The notes: generated by a model from the letters alone, not told the origin. Shown: positions 18,579 to 26,524, counted from the first letter of the stretch. The stretch is 40,168 nt of DNA from a virus (IMGVR_UViG_3300010052_000158:1-40168), one strand, 5' to 3'. Numbers and translations: made by a program.

Positions 18579-19927
18579 TGCGCGCTAGCGTTGCCGCGAT
18601 CGAAGAAGCTGCCAGCCATGCCGAGCGCAGTAGCCCGCTCTTCAGCCCTGGCTGTTCGCTCTTCGGCTTGGACCTTCTGCATGTCCTTGATCTCCTTCTC
18701 AGTCCAGCCTTCCTTGGCGAGCACTGTCGCAAGCGGCAAGCCGGTGCGCGTCTCGATCTCTCGGATCTCGGCGCGGGTCCGCGGCTGAACAGTCTCCGGA
18801 TTGTCGAAGATGGGCGTGATCGCTGATGCGGGGACCGGCTTCCCTGCGAGGGTCAGCATGTAGGCCGCAATTTCGGCCCAGACTGGCGTGAATCGCTCGA
18901 TGTAGGCCGACACCTTCTTGACGAGAGGTGCCTCCATGGCGATAAGCGCCTCGCCTGACGGATCGCCGCCTTGCTCGAAGAAGAAGTGCTTCGGCGTCCG
19001 CGTGATCGTCGCAAGGTCGCCGACGAGCTTGTCCATGGCCTTGGTGACGCGCTCGATGTCCGCCGACTCGAACTCGCCCACCTGCGTCGGCTCGCTGTCG
19101 TCGCCACCTGCCGGCAGGACGTACATGCCAGTGACGCTGCGGAGCATGCTGTCCAGGTTCTCGGCGTTTGAGACGATGTACCGCTGGCGCATCGTGGCGA
19201 ACTCGCTGCCGATCATCATGTCGGCGAAGAGCTTGTTGACCGCGTTCTGGATGTCGATCGCGTCGTTGATCTCCGACTTGATGCCACGGCGCTCACGCTG
19301 AAGCTGAAAGACAGGAATGACGCCGCTTGCATTCGGGCGCGTCTCGTCCAGCCTGAACGTGGATTCGTCAGCCTTCTGCAGTTCTTTGGCGGCCTTGTTG
19401 CTGATCCAGTATTCGGTTCGATCCTTGTAGTAGAGGTTCAGGTGCCGCTTCTTGGTGGTTTCGTTCACCCACCACTTGGCCGCGAACTTCTTGACCTTCG
19501 GCCGGTCTTCGTCACGCGCGATCCAGCAGAGGCGCGGATCGTTGTAGTACGCCTCGACCTTGCCGTCCTCGTCGGTCCCGACGATCACGAAGCCCTCGCC
19601 GCAGACCAGCGCCGCGAGATGGGCGTCGTCCGAATCGAGGTTCATCTGGGTCAGAGCCCAAAGCTCTTCGAGGAACGCTGTAAGCTCGTCGCTACCGTCA
19701 ACGTTGAACCTGCTGAGGTTAATCCGCTCGTGCGAACTGTTGACCACGACCGAGCACCAGTTCTCCTGCCATCGGGCGTCGATGTTCTTCCCGAAGATCT
19801 CGCGGAGCTTGCGCGTAGAGTAGACAAGCGGCGCATTCCCGTCGTAGTAGGCCCACCGCTCCTCGTGGTGGGCTTGCTTCTCGGTCAATGCCGCAAACGC
19901 GCGCTGCAGATCTGTGATTTCTGGCAT
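18575..19927 (-). CDS. Portal protein (SPP1 gp6-like)
   Basis: YYDG, NWCSVVV, PSGEAL motifs; after terminase. Confidence 0.9.
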   Translation of the reverse strand: MPEITDLQRAFAALTEKQAHHEERWAYYDGNAPLVYSTRKLREIFGKNIDARWQENWCSVVVNSSHERINLSRFNVDGSDELTAFLEELWALTQMNLDSDDAHLAALVCGEGFVIVGTDEDGKVEAYYNDPRLCWIARDEDRPKVKKFAAKWWVNETTKKRHLNLYYKDRTEYWISNKAAKELQKADESTFRLDETRPNASGVIPVFQLQRERRGIKSEINDAIDIQNAVNKLFADMMIGSEFATMRQRYIVSNAENLDSMLRSVTGMYVLPAGGDDSEPTQVGEFESADIERVTKAMDKLVGDLATITRTPKHFFFEQGGDPSGEALIAMEAPLVKKVSAYIERFTPVWAEIAAYMLTLAGKPVPASAITPIFDNPETVQPRTRAEIREIETRTGLPLATVLAKEGWTEKEIKDMQKVQAEERTARAEERATALGMAGSFFDRGNASAQ

Positions 19928-19930
19928 GGT

Positions 19931-21481
19931 CTAGTACCTCGGAAGCACACGCGCCTCGCGTTTAGGCTTGGTCGGAATCAACTCGTTGTGAGCGTCTGCA
20001 GAGCCGTCGACCTGGTCGTCATGCTCGTGCTGCTCGTCTTCACGGAACTTGCGGAGCTCCTCTTTGTAGTGCCAGTTCCACTCGCCTTTGATCAGGATCA
20101 GGTTGCCGTTGTTGCACTGATCGGCAAGACCACGAGCTCGGACACTCTTGCGACCGGTAGGGGCCACGATCTTTACCGTGATGCCCTTGACTTCTCTAAG
20201 CATCGCCGCAATCTGCGCGCTTTGATCCGTGCCTGCTTGACCCGGGTCGTTCGGGATCACGTAGGTGACAGCCCCGAACTTCTGCACGTCCGCTCTGGCC
20301 GTGGCCAGCATCAACTTCCGAACGTTGTCGCTCGAGAGCTGACCACGCACCACGTCGACCACGTACTCGAGGCTACGGGTGCTCAGCGCATGGAGTGGAC
20401 CAGCTGTGTAGTCCCCGCCGCCCTGAGTGGCTGCAAGGTCCCACGCGCGGCAGAACTTGAAGCCCGCAAGGTTGGCCGGCAACGAATCCGCGTAACGCAG
20501 CGCGTCCGCGTCGAAGAAGTAGCCGTCTGCGCCTCTGACTTCGTGCTGCGCTTCCCGCAGGAACGCCATGAGGCCCCAGTCGTTGATCTGGGCTTCGCAA
20601 ACTTCGATGCCTTGCCCTTCCCATGTCGGAACTCCGCCCGTGATCCGGTAGAGAGTCTGGCCAGACTCTTCGTCGACATACGACTCGTACTCGAGCTCGT
20701 TGATGGCCGGCTGCATGATCACCGGTGCCCGGCGCCGTAGGAAGTCGGCTGAACCGTCCTGGATCTGCGAGAAGACTCCGCCGTCGATGATCAGGTTCTG
20801 AACACCAAGAATCGCACAGTCGCTCGAACCCGCCGGCAGAATGGCCGTCGTAAGCGTCCGCACCTTCTTTTCGGTTGCCTTCGGCGTGTCGTTCTGGCTG
20901 TCGATGTCGTCGAGGACGATCAGGTCCGGGCGGAACTCGTCGAGTTTGATACCGCGCGCCGCCGTGTCCAGGCCCAGTGCCTCGACGTTGAAGCCGGTTG
21001 CGGTTCTGAGCTGGTTGCGCTTCCAGCCCTTGGAGTGGCCGTACTTCGAAAGGCTTCGCTCGATGCCGAGCTTTTCTAGAAGAGACGCGATCGCCGCGAC
21101 ATGCTTGTCCGCTTGGTCCTGCGTCTCGCTGACGTAGAGCACGTATCGCCGAGTGAGTTTAGCGCCTACCCGGGCCGTTGCGAGCTCGACTGTGGTCGAC
21201 TTGCCCGCGCCTCGAGCGAGGATGACGAACTGGGCGAGCGGCCTGACTCCCGGCTTGAGGTTCTCGACCCACTCCCAAACGACCCGGTGCGCATCGCTGA
21301 GCGGCTTCGAGACGATGTGCGGGAAGTGCGCTTTCAGCCACTGCTCGACCGGGCTATTCGTCGACGACTTCGGCTGTGACGCGCTCGGGAAGAGCTGATG
21401 CGTCTTGGGCGTGTCCAGTACGCTGGAGCCTAACAACCCGTTCGAGCTCTGCGGTAAGAGCTCTCGTGTGGGAAATAACAT
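19931..21481 (-). CDS. terL: Terminase large subunit
   Basis: Walker A ARGAGKST, Walker B LIVLDDID, nuclease AWDLA and HDDQVDG. Confidence 0.93.
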   Translation of the reverse strand: MLFPTRELLPQSSNGLLGSSVLDTPKTHQLFPSASQPKSSTNSPVEQWLKAHFPHIVSKPLSDAHRVVWEWVENLKPGVRPLAQFVILARGAGKSTTVELATARVGAKLTRRYVLYVSETQDQADKHVAAIASLLEKLGIERSLSKYGHSKGWKRNQLRTATGFNVEALGLDTAARGIKLDEFRPDLIVLDDIDSQNDTPKATEKKVRTLTTAILPAGSSDCAILGVQNLIIDGGVFSQIQDGSADFLRRRAPVIMQPAINELEYESYVDEESGQTLYRITGGVPTWEGQGIEVCEAQINDWGLMAFLREAQHEVRGADGYFFDADALRYADSLPANLAGFKFCRAWDLAATQGGGDYTAGPLHALSTRSLEYVVDVVRGQLSSDNVRKLMLATARADVQKFGAVTYVIPNDPGQAGTDQSAQIAAMLREVKGITVKIVAPTGRKSVRARGLADQCNNGNLILIKGEWNWHYKEELRKFREDEQHEHDDQVDGSADAHNELIPTKPKREARVLPRY

Positions 21482-21818
21482 CCGTTGTGCCCCTTTCGGT
21501 GCTGCAGCGCGATCGCAAGAAGTCGAGGTCGCTCAGCAACTCGGCCTGACTGGTGAGCGCACCCATGATTGCGCAGATGAACCGCTCGATCTCCGAGATG
21601 ACCCGTTCCTGGCGAGCCTCGATCGAACTGACTCCTGTTTCGTCCTTGAGCTCTTTGGCGTAAACGTTGACGAGGCTCGGGGAGACACCAAACCTGCGCG
21701 CAATTGCGGCGTGAGTCTCGCTACCCTCGGCCAAGGCGACGATGATGCGAGCCTTTGTGACCGGGTCTCGAGGGCCAGCTGGGCGCCCGCCTTTGGGGCC
21801 TGATTTAGATGACGCCAT
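21354..21818 (-). CDS. Terminase small subunit (putative)
   Basis: N-terminal HTH THAAIARRFGVSPSLV; immediately upstream of terL. Confidence 0.7.
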   Translation of the reverse strand: MASSKSGPKGGRPAGPRDPVTKARIIVALAEGSETHAAIARRFGVSPSLVNVYAKELKDETGVSSIEARQERVISEIERFICAIMGALTSQAELLSDLDFLRSRCSTERGTTDVISHTRALTAELERVVRLQRTGHAQDASALPERVTAEVVDE

Positions 21819-21821
21819 GGG

Positions 21822-22343
21822 CTACCCCAGCGGGCTCCAGCCCTCCACTTCGTCAGGCTTGGGCTTGAGCTTGTCGTCAAACGGGTCTTGCTCGAGCTGC
21901 TTCAACCTGCCTTCCAGCATGCGGGTTAGCCACCCGATCTTGAATCCCATCTTGCCAATGTTCTCGAGGATGCTGACCGCCTCGGTGGCGAGGACGATCG
22001 CGATGACTGCGGTGACGACTGTCGAGTGCGCAGCGACCAGGCCCGGCAGATGCCGGGTCACGACCGCGGCGACGATGATGCTCGAACCGTAGGCGACGAT
22101 CTTGACCAGGATCCTGCTGAGCTTCGCGCTTGTGATCGGTTGGCCGGTGGCGAATGCCGCAACAAACCCCGTGATCGTGTCGAGGAACATGAGACTGAAC
22201 GCCGCGATCGCCATGTTGCGCACGACGTCGGTGCCGAACAGATACTCGGAGGCGACAGCCACGAGCACCCCGCCCCACTTGAGGACCGGGTAGTCAGTGA
22301 GGGCCTTGGCCAGATAGGTCGGGATCAGGTGGAGGTCTCTCAT
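21822..22343 (-). CDS. Holin (phage holin 4/toxin-secretion family)
   Basis: Several TM helices, LDTITG, ITSAKL, EAVSILENIGKMG; ATG 22343 overlaps endolysin stop. Confidence 0.85.
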   Translation of the reverse strand: MRDLHLIPTYLAKALTDYPVLKWGGVLVAVASEYLFGTDVVRNMAIAAFSLMFLDTITGFVAAFATGQPITSAKLSRILVKIVAYGSSIIVAAVVTRHLPGLVAAHSTVVTAVIAIVLATEAVSILENIGKMGFKIGWLTRMLEGRLKQLEQDPFDDKLKPKPDEVEGWSPLG

Positions 22344-22897
22344 AGGTCCATCTCGCGGGCCCACTTGCGGATTAGCTCGTCGCTCGCCTCGAAGTGCATC
22401 GCGTCTTCAATCCGGAAACCAGCGCCCCAGTAAAGTCCGTGCTTCTTAGCGATCGCGTAGAAGTCCAGCAGCCCTTTGTAGGTCTTGCCGTCGCCGCGCC
22501 GGTCGACAGCGCCGCCAAAGCCAAGATCGATCGCAGTGCCCCAGCTGTGGTTGCTCGGCTGGCTTGCCGAACCTCGCACCAGGCGAACACACAGGACGCC
22601 CGCATGGCTCATGTCGGCGTAGGCTTCCGGGTGCTTCTCGGCGAACTCGTCGAACACTTTGCCCAGCACAAACAGGAACGGCCGGAAGCCCGTCAGCCTA
22701 AATCGGCCAACGTCCATCGTCACGATGTGCTTGCGAATCCGCGGCGCAACCGAAGTAGCGCCGGAGCAGTCTTGCGTCAGTGGGCCCTTCGGGCGACCGA
22801 ACACCGACACCATCGTGCGCACCGATGCCGGGGAGCACTGAGTGTTGATGGACTCAGCGCGCGGTACGTCAACAAGGCTTCGCCAGTTCTTGCTCAT
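22340..22897 (-). CDS. Endolysin, peptidase M15 family
   Basis: SNHSWGTAID (SxHxxGxAxD) and DAMHFE; ATG 22897 coupled to upstream stop. Confidence 0.88.
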   Translation of the reverse strand: MSKNWRSLVDVPRAESINTQCSPASVRTMVSVFGRPKGPLTQDCSGATSVAPRIRKHIVTMDVGRFRLTGFRPFLFVLGKVFDEFAEKHPEAYADMSHAGVLCVRLVRGSASQPSNHSWGTAIDLGFGGAVDRRGDGKTYKGLLDFYAIAKKHGLYWGAGFRIEDAMHFEASDELIRKWAREMDL

Positions 22898-23022
22898 TCG
22901 GGCTTCTCGCAATCTTCGTAGTCACGCTCGATCATCGGCACAGGCAAGCCGCAGCTGAGCCATGCGTAAAACACGATCGCGCCAACGACGAACCCAAAGA
23001 AGAACAGACCGAGTGGAGTCAT
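22894..23022 (-). CDS. 42-aa single-TM protein at head of lysis cassette
   Basis: MTPLGLFFFGFVVGAIVFYAWLSCG...; stop overlaps endolysin ATG; start 23022 preferred over 23136. Confidence 0.55.
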   Translation of the reverse strand: MTPLGLFFFGFVVGAIVFYAWLSCGLPVPMIERDYEDCEKPE

Positions 23023-23294
23023 GGCGTTTCGGGAGGCCCCGCGCGTAACTACGGGGCCCATGGAGGGAGGTTCTCGTCGAGGCGGCCCGGGTGCGTTACG
23101 TCCGGACACTTGATTGGACCCACTGGCGTCGCCCACCCATGGCCTAGCCTGCTCGATGTGTTACGATGGGGCCGCGTCGGGGTCCAAAGATGAAGGGCAG
23201 GTCAGCAGGCTTTTATGCGGTTACCTGCAGAGCGATGAATCTAACCAGTTGGCCGAATCGTTAGCCAGCCGCCGCATTGCGTTCCTGCCCAACT

Positions 23295-23369
23295 TGGGTG
23301 CGGGTGCCGAATTCGAACCGGCGACCTGGAGGTTATGAGTCTCCCGCGCTACCACTGCGCCAACCCGCA
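23295..23369 (-). tRNA. tRNA with CAU anticodon (Met-like), CCA encoded
   Basis: UGCGGGU/ACCCGCA acceptor; GCGC-AGUGGUA-GCGC D arm; GGAGA-CUCAUAA-CCUCC; GCCGG-UUCGAAU-UCGGC; C-CCA. Confidence 0.9.
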
Positions 23370-23488
23370 GAAACTGATTAGCCGCCGGAACCCGCGCCAG
23401 GACGAGCGCGGAGCCGGGAACGACCCGCCGACAATCCTTATCAACGGGCATCGGAGCTACCCCAAACGGATGCTCCGGCGACTTTCGC

Positions 23489-23526
23489 AAACACAAAAGC
23501 CCCACCACGAGACGCAGTGAGGCCCT
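23489..23526 (-). terminator. Intrinsic terminator-like hairpin upstream of tRNA/late genes
   Basis: AGGGCCUCACUGCG-UCU-CGUGGUGGGGCUUU (14 bp, 5 G-U) running into UUUUGUGUUU. Confidence 0.6.
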
Positions 23527-23574
23527 GAAAACGACGATATTGATTCAAAAGACGCAAGTGTCGCGTGAAAAGTT

Positions 23575-23946
23575 TCATTCGACCACACATTCTCTGTGAT
23601 TGAACTCGGCACGGTCGCACTTGTAACCCGCAGCCAAGAGCACACCGACCATGTTCGATGCGCCCCACGGGTTCCACGAGTGCACGATCACTCTGCCGAT
23701 TCGCGGCAAGTTCTCAGCGATCCATTCGGCGACCGCCATCCCGCTCCGCTCGTGGTTCCGTTGCAAGTCATCGTAGTGCTGAGGCTCTAGGTCGTGGTCC
23801 AGAGAGACAACATCCCAAACGCCACAACTCAACTTGCTTATCGCTCCATCGACGTCGTGGACAATCGTGACCTCATGGGCGTCCTTGTTCGCCCAGTAGA
23901 ACGCGCCGCAGCGTGAGTGATCGTCGTCGAGAAACAGAATCCTCAC
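23575..23946 (-). CDS. Cyclic-phosphate-processing receiver-like domain protein
   Basis: GTG start overlapping upstream TGA; ILFLDDD, SLDHDL, SGMAVAEWI, VIVHSWNPWGASNM motifs. Confidence 0.75.
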   Translation of the reverse strand: MRILFLDDDHSRCGAFYWANKDAHEVTIVHDVDGAISKLSCGVWDVVSLDHDLEPQHYDDLQRNHERSGMAVAEWIAENLPRIGRVIVHSWNPWGASNMVGVLLAAGYKCDRAEFNHRECVVE

Positions 23947-24599
23947 GCCGCCCCCCTTCTCGAATCGCTCGCGATCCAGATTCGGATTTCGTTCAGTGTC
24001 GTCGTCAGCTGCCCGCCCGGTTTCCAAGCCATCAGCCGCCCGTCCCGCGCTGCGTCCCTCGCCGACGTGATCGCACGACGGTCCTTCGCCTTCGCCGTCG
24101 CATTCCACTTCTCCAGCGCCTCGGCCAGCTTGTAGGGCACGAGCTCCTCACACTTGACCGTGCCCGTAGCCCGCACCGCGTCCGCCGTGATCATCATCGG
24201 GTTCGCTTTGTACCAGCGTTCCCAAACCTCATCGACCGCGCTCGGGTCGCCTTTCAGCAGGTGGGCCCGACAGTGATGCCACTCGAAGTTACGCTCGAAG
24301 AACAGCTCGACGTGGAGGTACGCGAGGTAGCGCCGGTCGATGTGGATCTCGCCGGCCACCGGATCGGCCTTCATCGTGCGTTCAGGGTAACCATCGGGGC
24401 CGATGCGGCCTACCGACCGCTCGACCTCCGCCAGGCGCGGCGAGTAGCAGTAGGACCGCCACCAATCGAGCACCTGGTCAGCGGGATAGAAACGCAGTTC
24501 AAGTGACGGCATCCATGCTCTCCTAGACTCAACTTTCGGTGCCACTCCGGTGCCACTCATCGGGCTCACCGGGCGCGCAATTTCGCACAGAAAACTCAC
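23943..24599 (-). CDS. Hypothetical protein; possible late-gene regulator by position
   Basis: Coupled ORF between replication genes and late region; no recognised motif. Confidence 0.5.
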   Translation of the reverse strand: MSFLCEIARPVSPMSGTGVAPKVESRRAWMPSLELRFYPADQVLDWWRSYCYSPRLAEVERSVGRIGPDGYPERTMKADPVAGEIHIDRRYLAYLHVELFFERNFEWHHCRAHLLKGDPSAVDEVWERWYKANPMMITADAVRATGTVKCEELVPYKLAEALEKWNATAKAKDRRAITSARDAARDGRLMAWKPGGQLTTTLNEIRIWIASDSRRGAA

Positions 24600-25066
24600 G
24601 CATCGCCCCTCATGCGGCGCACCTGCTCGTCACGTTTGGCGAGGTCCTCGTCGCTGATGATCACGTCGTCTTCGCGCTCGATGCGGTATCGCTGGCGCTC
24701 GCCGCGGCCCTCGATGACCTCGAGTGCGAAAGCCGGGTTCTTGAGCCCCTTGAGGATCGCGTCCCGCTCTTCTGGCGTGATCGGCGTTCCGGTGGGCGGT
24801 TGCAAAGGCGATGCCGGTGCGTTGCGGCGCCGTAACTCCCTGCAAGCCTCGATCAGCTGCGCGGGCGCCGGCCACGCTTCGCACTTCTGGAGCAAGTGCC
24901 GAGCACCGGACACCAGCTCGTCAGGCCTGATTCCAGCGTCCTCGAGCACGGTGCCCCAACCGATCAAAGTTGCCTCGGTGATCGTCGGTGCATGTGGCAG
25001 GATGCTGAGAAGCGCAAGCGCCCTCACGAGCTCGGTTCGACCGGCTTGGCGTTCGATGTTGCTCAC
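24596..25066 (-). CDS. Putative helicase loader/inhibitor-like protein
   Basis: Follows initiator; W..L...WPAPAQLIEAC pattern. Confidence 0.5.
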   Translation of the reverse strand: MSNIERQAGRTELVRALALLSILPHAPTITEATLIGWGTVLEDAGIRPDELVSGARHLLQKCEAWPAPAQLIEACRELRRRNAPASPLQPPTGTPITPEERDAILKGLKNPAFALEVIEGRGERQRYRIEREDDVIISDEDLAKRDEQVRRMRGDA

Positions 25067-25986
25067 GCTGCACCTCCCGCAAGCGCCAGGACATCCTCGG
25101 GTGTCTGCCGTCGTCTCGGCCTGGTCGCTGACTGAGCATCGAGCGAAGGTCTTCCGGATTCATCCCACTCGATCGCCGACTGGGTGTAGCTCTGCCAGTG
25201 ACTTTCTGCGAACAGCGTTTCGGGTCTGAGAAACCCACGCATTCGAGGGTCTTTGCCCCATTCGGCGAACTTGTGCTCGATCACCAACCGGCATACTCGC
25301 AGGCCGATGTCGCGTTCTGGCACCTTGAATTCTTTGAGTCTGGCCCGAAGGTTCTTGTGGGGTTTCTTGGCGTCGTACCGCTTGCCGCAAACCTGATTCA
25401 GGTGCATCGTGATCGCGCCGGCTGCAGCATCGATCCATGTCGAGCTCTGTTCCGATGGGTCTTCCGATCGGACGATGTCTGATCTTTCGGGATCTGCGGG
25501 ACAAGATTCTGAACGTAGTGAAGAATCTATTACTGGCTTAGGCTTAGGCTTAGGCTTAGGCTGTCGCGTATCATTCGCGTCTTGTTCGCGAACGGTTCCC
25601 GCATCCTCTTCTTGTGGCGCGTGTTGAACCTGCTTTCGAAGTTCTGACCCATTCGCGAACCGCTCACCGCGCTTGGCAAGAACCTTCTTTACTGAGTCGT
25701 CAGCGTGATCGTGCCAGTCGTGGATGTACCAACCGCCTTCCATCTCGTCGAGCAACCCGCAAGCGTGAAGCATGGAGCCAAGGATTTCCCCGCCCTCATC
25801 GAAACGGATGGTGTCGGCGCAATCTTCAAGCTCCTCGGCCGTCAGGAACCCAGTTGGCGTATATCTGCCGACCCATTGCCAGATTGCCTCGAGTAGTCCA
25901 AGGGCTGAGTAGGCAGGGGCCTTCATGGCGCGAGCTAGGCGCTTTGTCTTCGGGTGTTCCAGCGTGCCGCGCTTAGCCATTGTCAC
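25063..25986 (-). CDS. Phage replication initiator with conserved phage C-terminal domain
   Basis: N-terminal HPKTKRLAR..GLLEAIW..IHDWHDH; C-terminal EWGKDPRMRGFLRPETLF. Confidence 0.75.
   Translation of the reverse strand: MTMAKRGTLEHPKTKRLARAMKAPAYSALGLLEAIWQWVGRYTPTGFLTAEELEDCADTIRFDEGGEILGSMLHACGLLDEMEGGWYIHDWHDHADDSVKKVLAKRGERFANGSELRKQVQHAPQEEDAGTVREQDANDTRQPKPKPKPKPVIDSSLRSESCPADPERSDIVRSEDPSEQSSTWIDAAAGAITMHLNQVCGKRYDAKKPHKNLRARLKEFKVPERDIGLRVCRLVIEHKFAEWGKDPRMRGFLRPETLFAESHWQSYTQSAIEWDESGRPSLDAQSATRPRRRQTPEDVLALAGGAA
25535..25562. repeat. (GGCTTA)4 GGCT tandem repeat encoding the PKPKPKPKP linker
   Basis: Units at 25535, 25541, 25547, 25553. Confidence 0.9.
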
Positions 25987-26524
25987 ACTCCTCGTCTAGC
26001 CGCTTCGCGACGCCAAACAAGTAGGGCTGCCATGCGGACCTATTGAATGCCCCAGCCTGATACTTCGTCGCAGCGATGATAATGGCCTGATGGGCTACGT
26101 CGTGCCCGTGACGCCGGACAAGAGCTCGGAGTACGTTGTCACTTGGCCCCCAATCCACTCCGGCGTATTCGGCCCATTGATCCCCCAAGAATGCGCACAG
26201 CTTCTTGATCTCGGCGTCGAGCTCAGCTTTAGCCATTCTGAACCTGCGGATCTCGGCGGCTTCCTGCTGGACTTCGAGGTACATCAGATCCGCGTCGGGC
26301 CTGATCGGCACCTTGCTAAGCAGCTTGGCGGACTTTCCTTGGTTGCATGGTTCGCAAGCCGTTGTGAGATTGTCCATCTCGTTAGACCCACCAGCTGCGA
26401 TCGGGTGAATATGATCGATCACAAGCACGACGCCAGGCGGCTGAGCACCGCAATACTGGCAAGTGAAGTGATCGCGTTTGAACACCTCAAACCGTGTTGA
26501 CTTTGAAAGTGCTTTCCGTGCCAT
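25973..26524 (-). CDS. HNH endonuclease-domain protein
   Basis: CQYCG..DHIHP..GG.N..NL..ACEPCNQGK. Confidence 0.9.
   Translation of the reverse strand: MARKALSKSTRFEVFKRDHFTCQYCGAQPPGVVLVIDHIHPIAAGGSNEMDNLTTACEPCNQGKSAKLLSKVPIRPDADLMYLEVQQEAAEIRRFRMAKAELDAEIKKLCAFLGDQWAEYAGVDWGPSDNVLRALVRRHGHDVAHQAIIIAATKYQAGAFNRSAWQPYLFGVAKRLDEECDNG

Larger units (their letters stand above)
23023..23530 (-). ncRNA. Candidate large structured RNA/late leader with embedded tRNA
   Basis: Eight hand-identified helical elements, several with G-U pairs valid only on the minus strand; pseudoknot; kissing loop; no convincing ORF. Confidence 0.55.

Noticed and set aside
23195-23294. Theta/HDV-like, hammerhead, twister or pistol ribozyme after the tRNA
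   Set aside because: Could not fit the P1-P2-P3-L3-P1.1-J4/2 order or find CUGANGA/GAAA cores by hand; kept as an unclassified domain
23295-23369. Call as canonical initiator tRNA-fMet or as an att remnant
   Set aside because: Lacks the 1:72 mismatch and three G-C anticodon pairs; lies mid-genome, far from int
23023-23520. Short ORFs across the RNA locus (23114..23338, 23221..23508, 23335..23520, N-terminal extension to 23136)
   Set aside because: They overlap the tRNA or hairpins, lack SD and recognisable motifs
23575-23946. Two-component response regulator
   Set aside because: No kinase or output domain; DHDL and HSxN motifs fit the variant receiver family better
25535-25562. GGCTTA repeat as telomere-like, CRISPR or phase-variation tract
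   Set aside because: In-frame hexamer encoding a PK linker; no spacers; length change would not shift frame
25973-26524. HNH as homing endonuclease in an intron or as a defence nuclease
   Set aside because: Coupled within the replication operon; no interrupted gene or intron features seen
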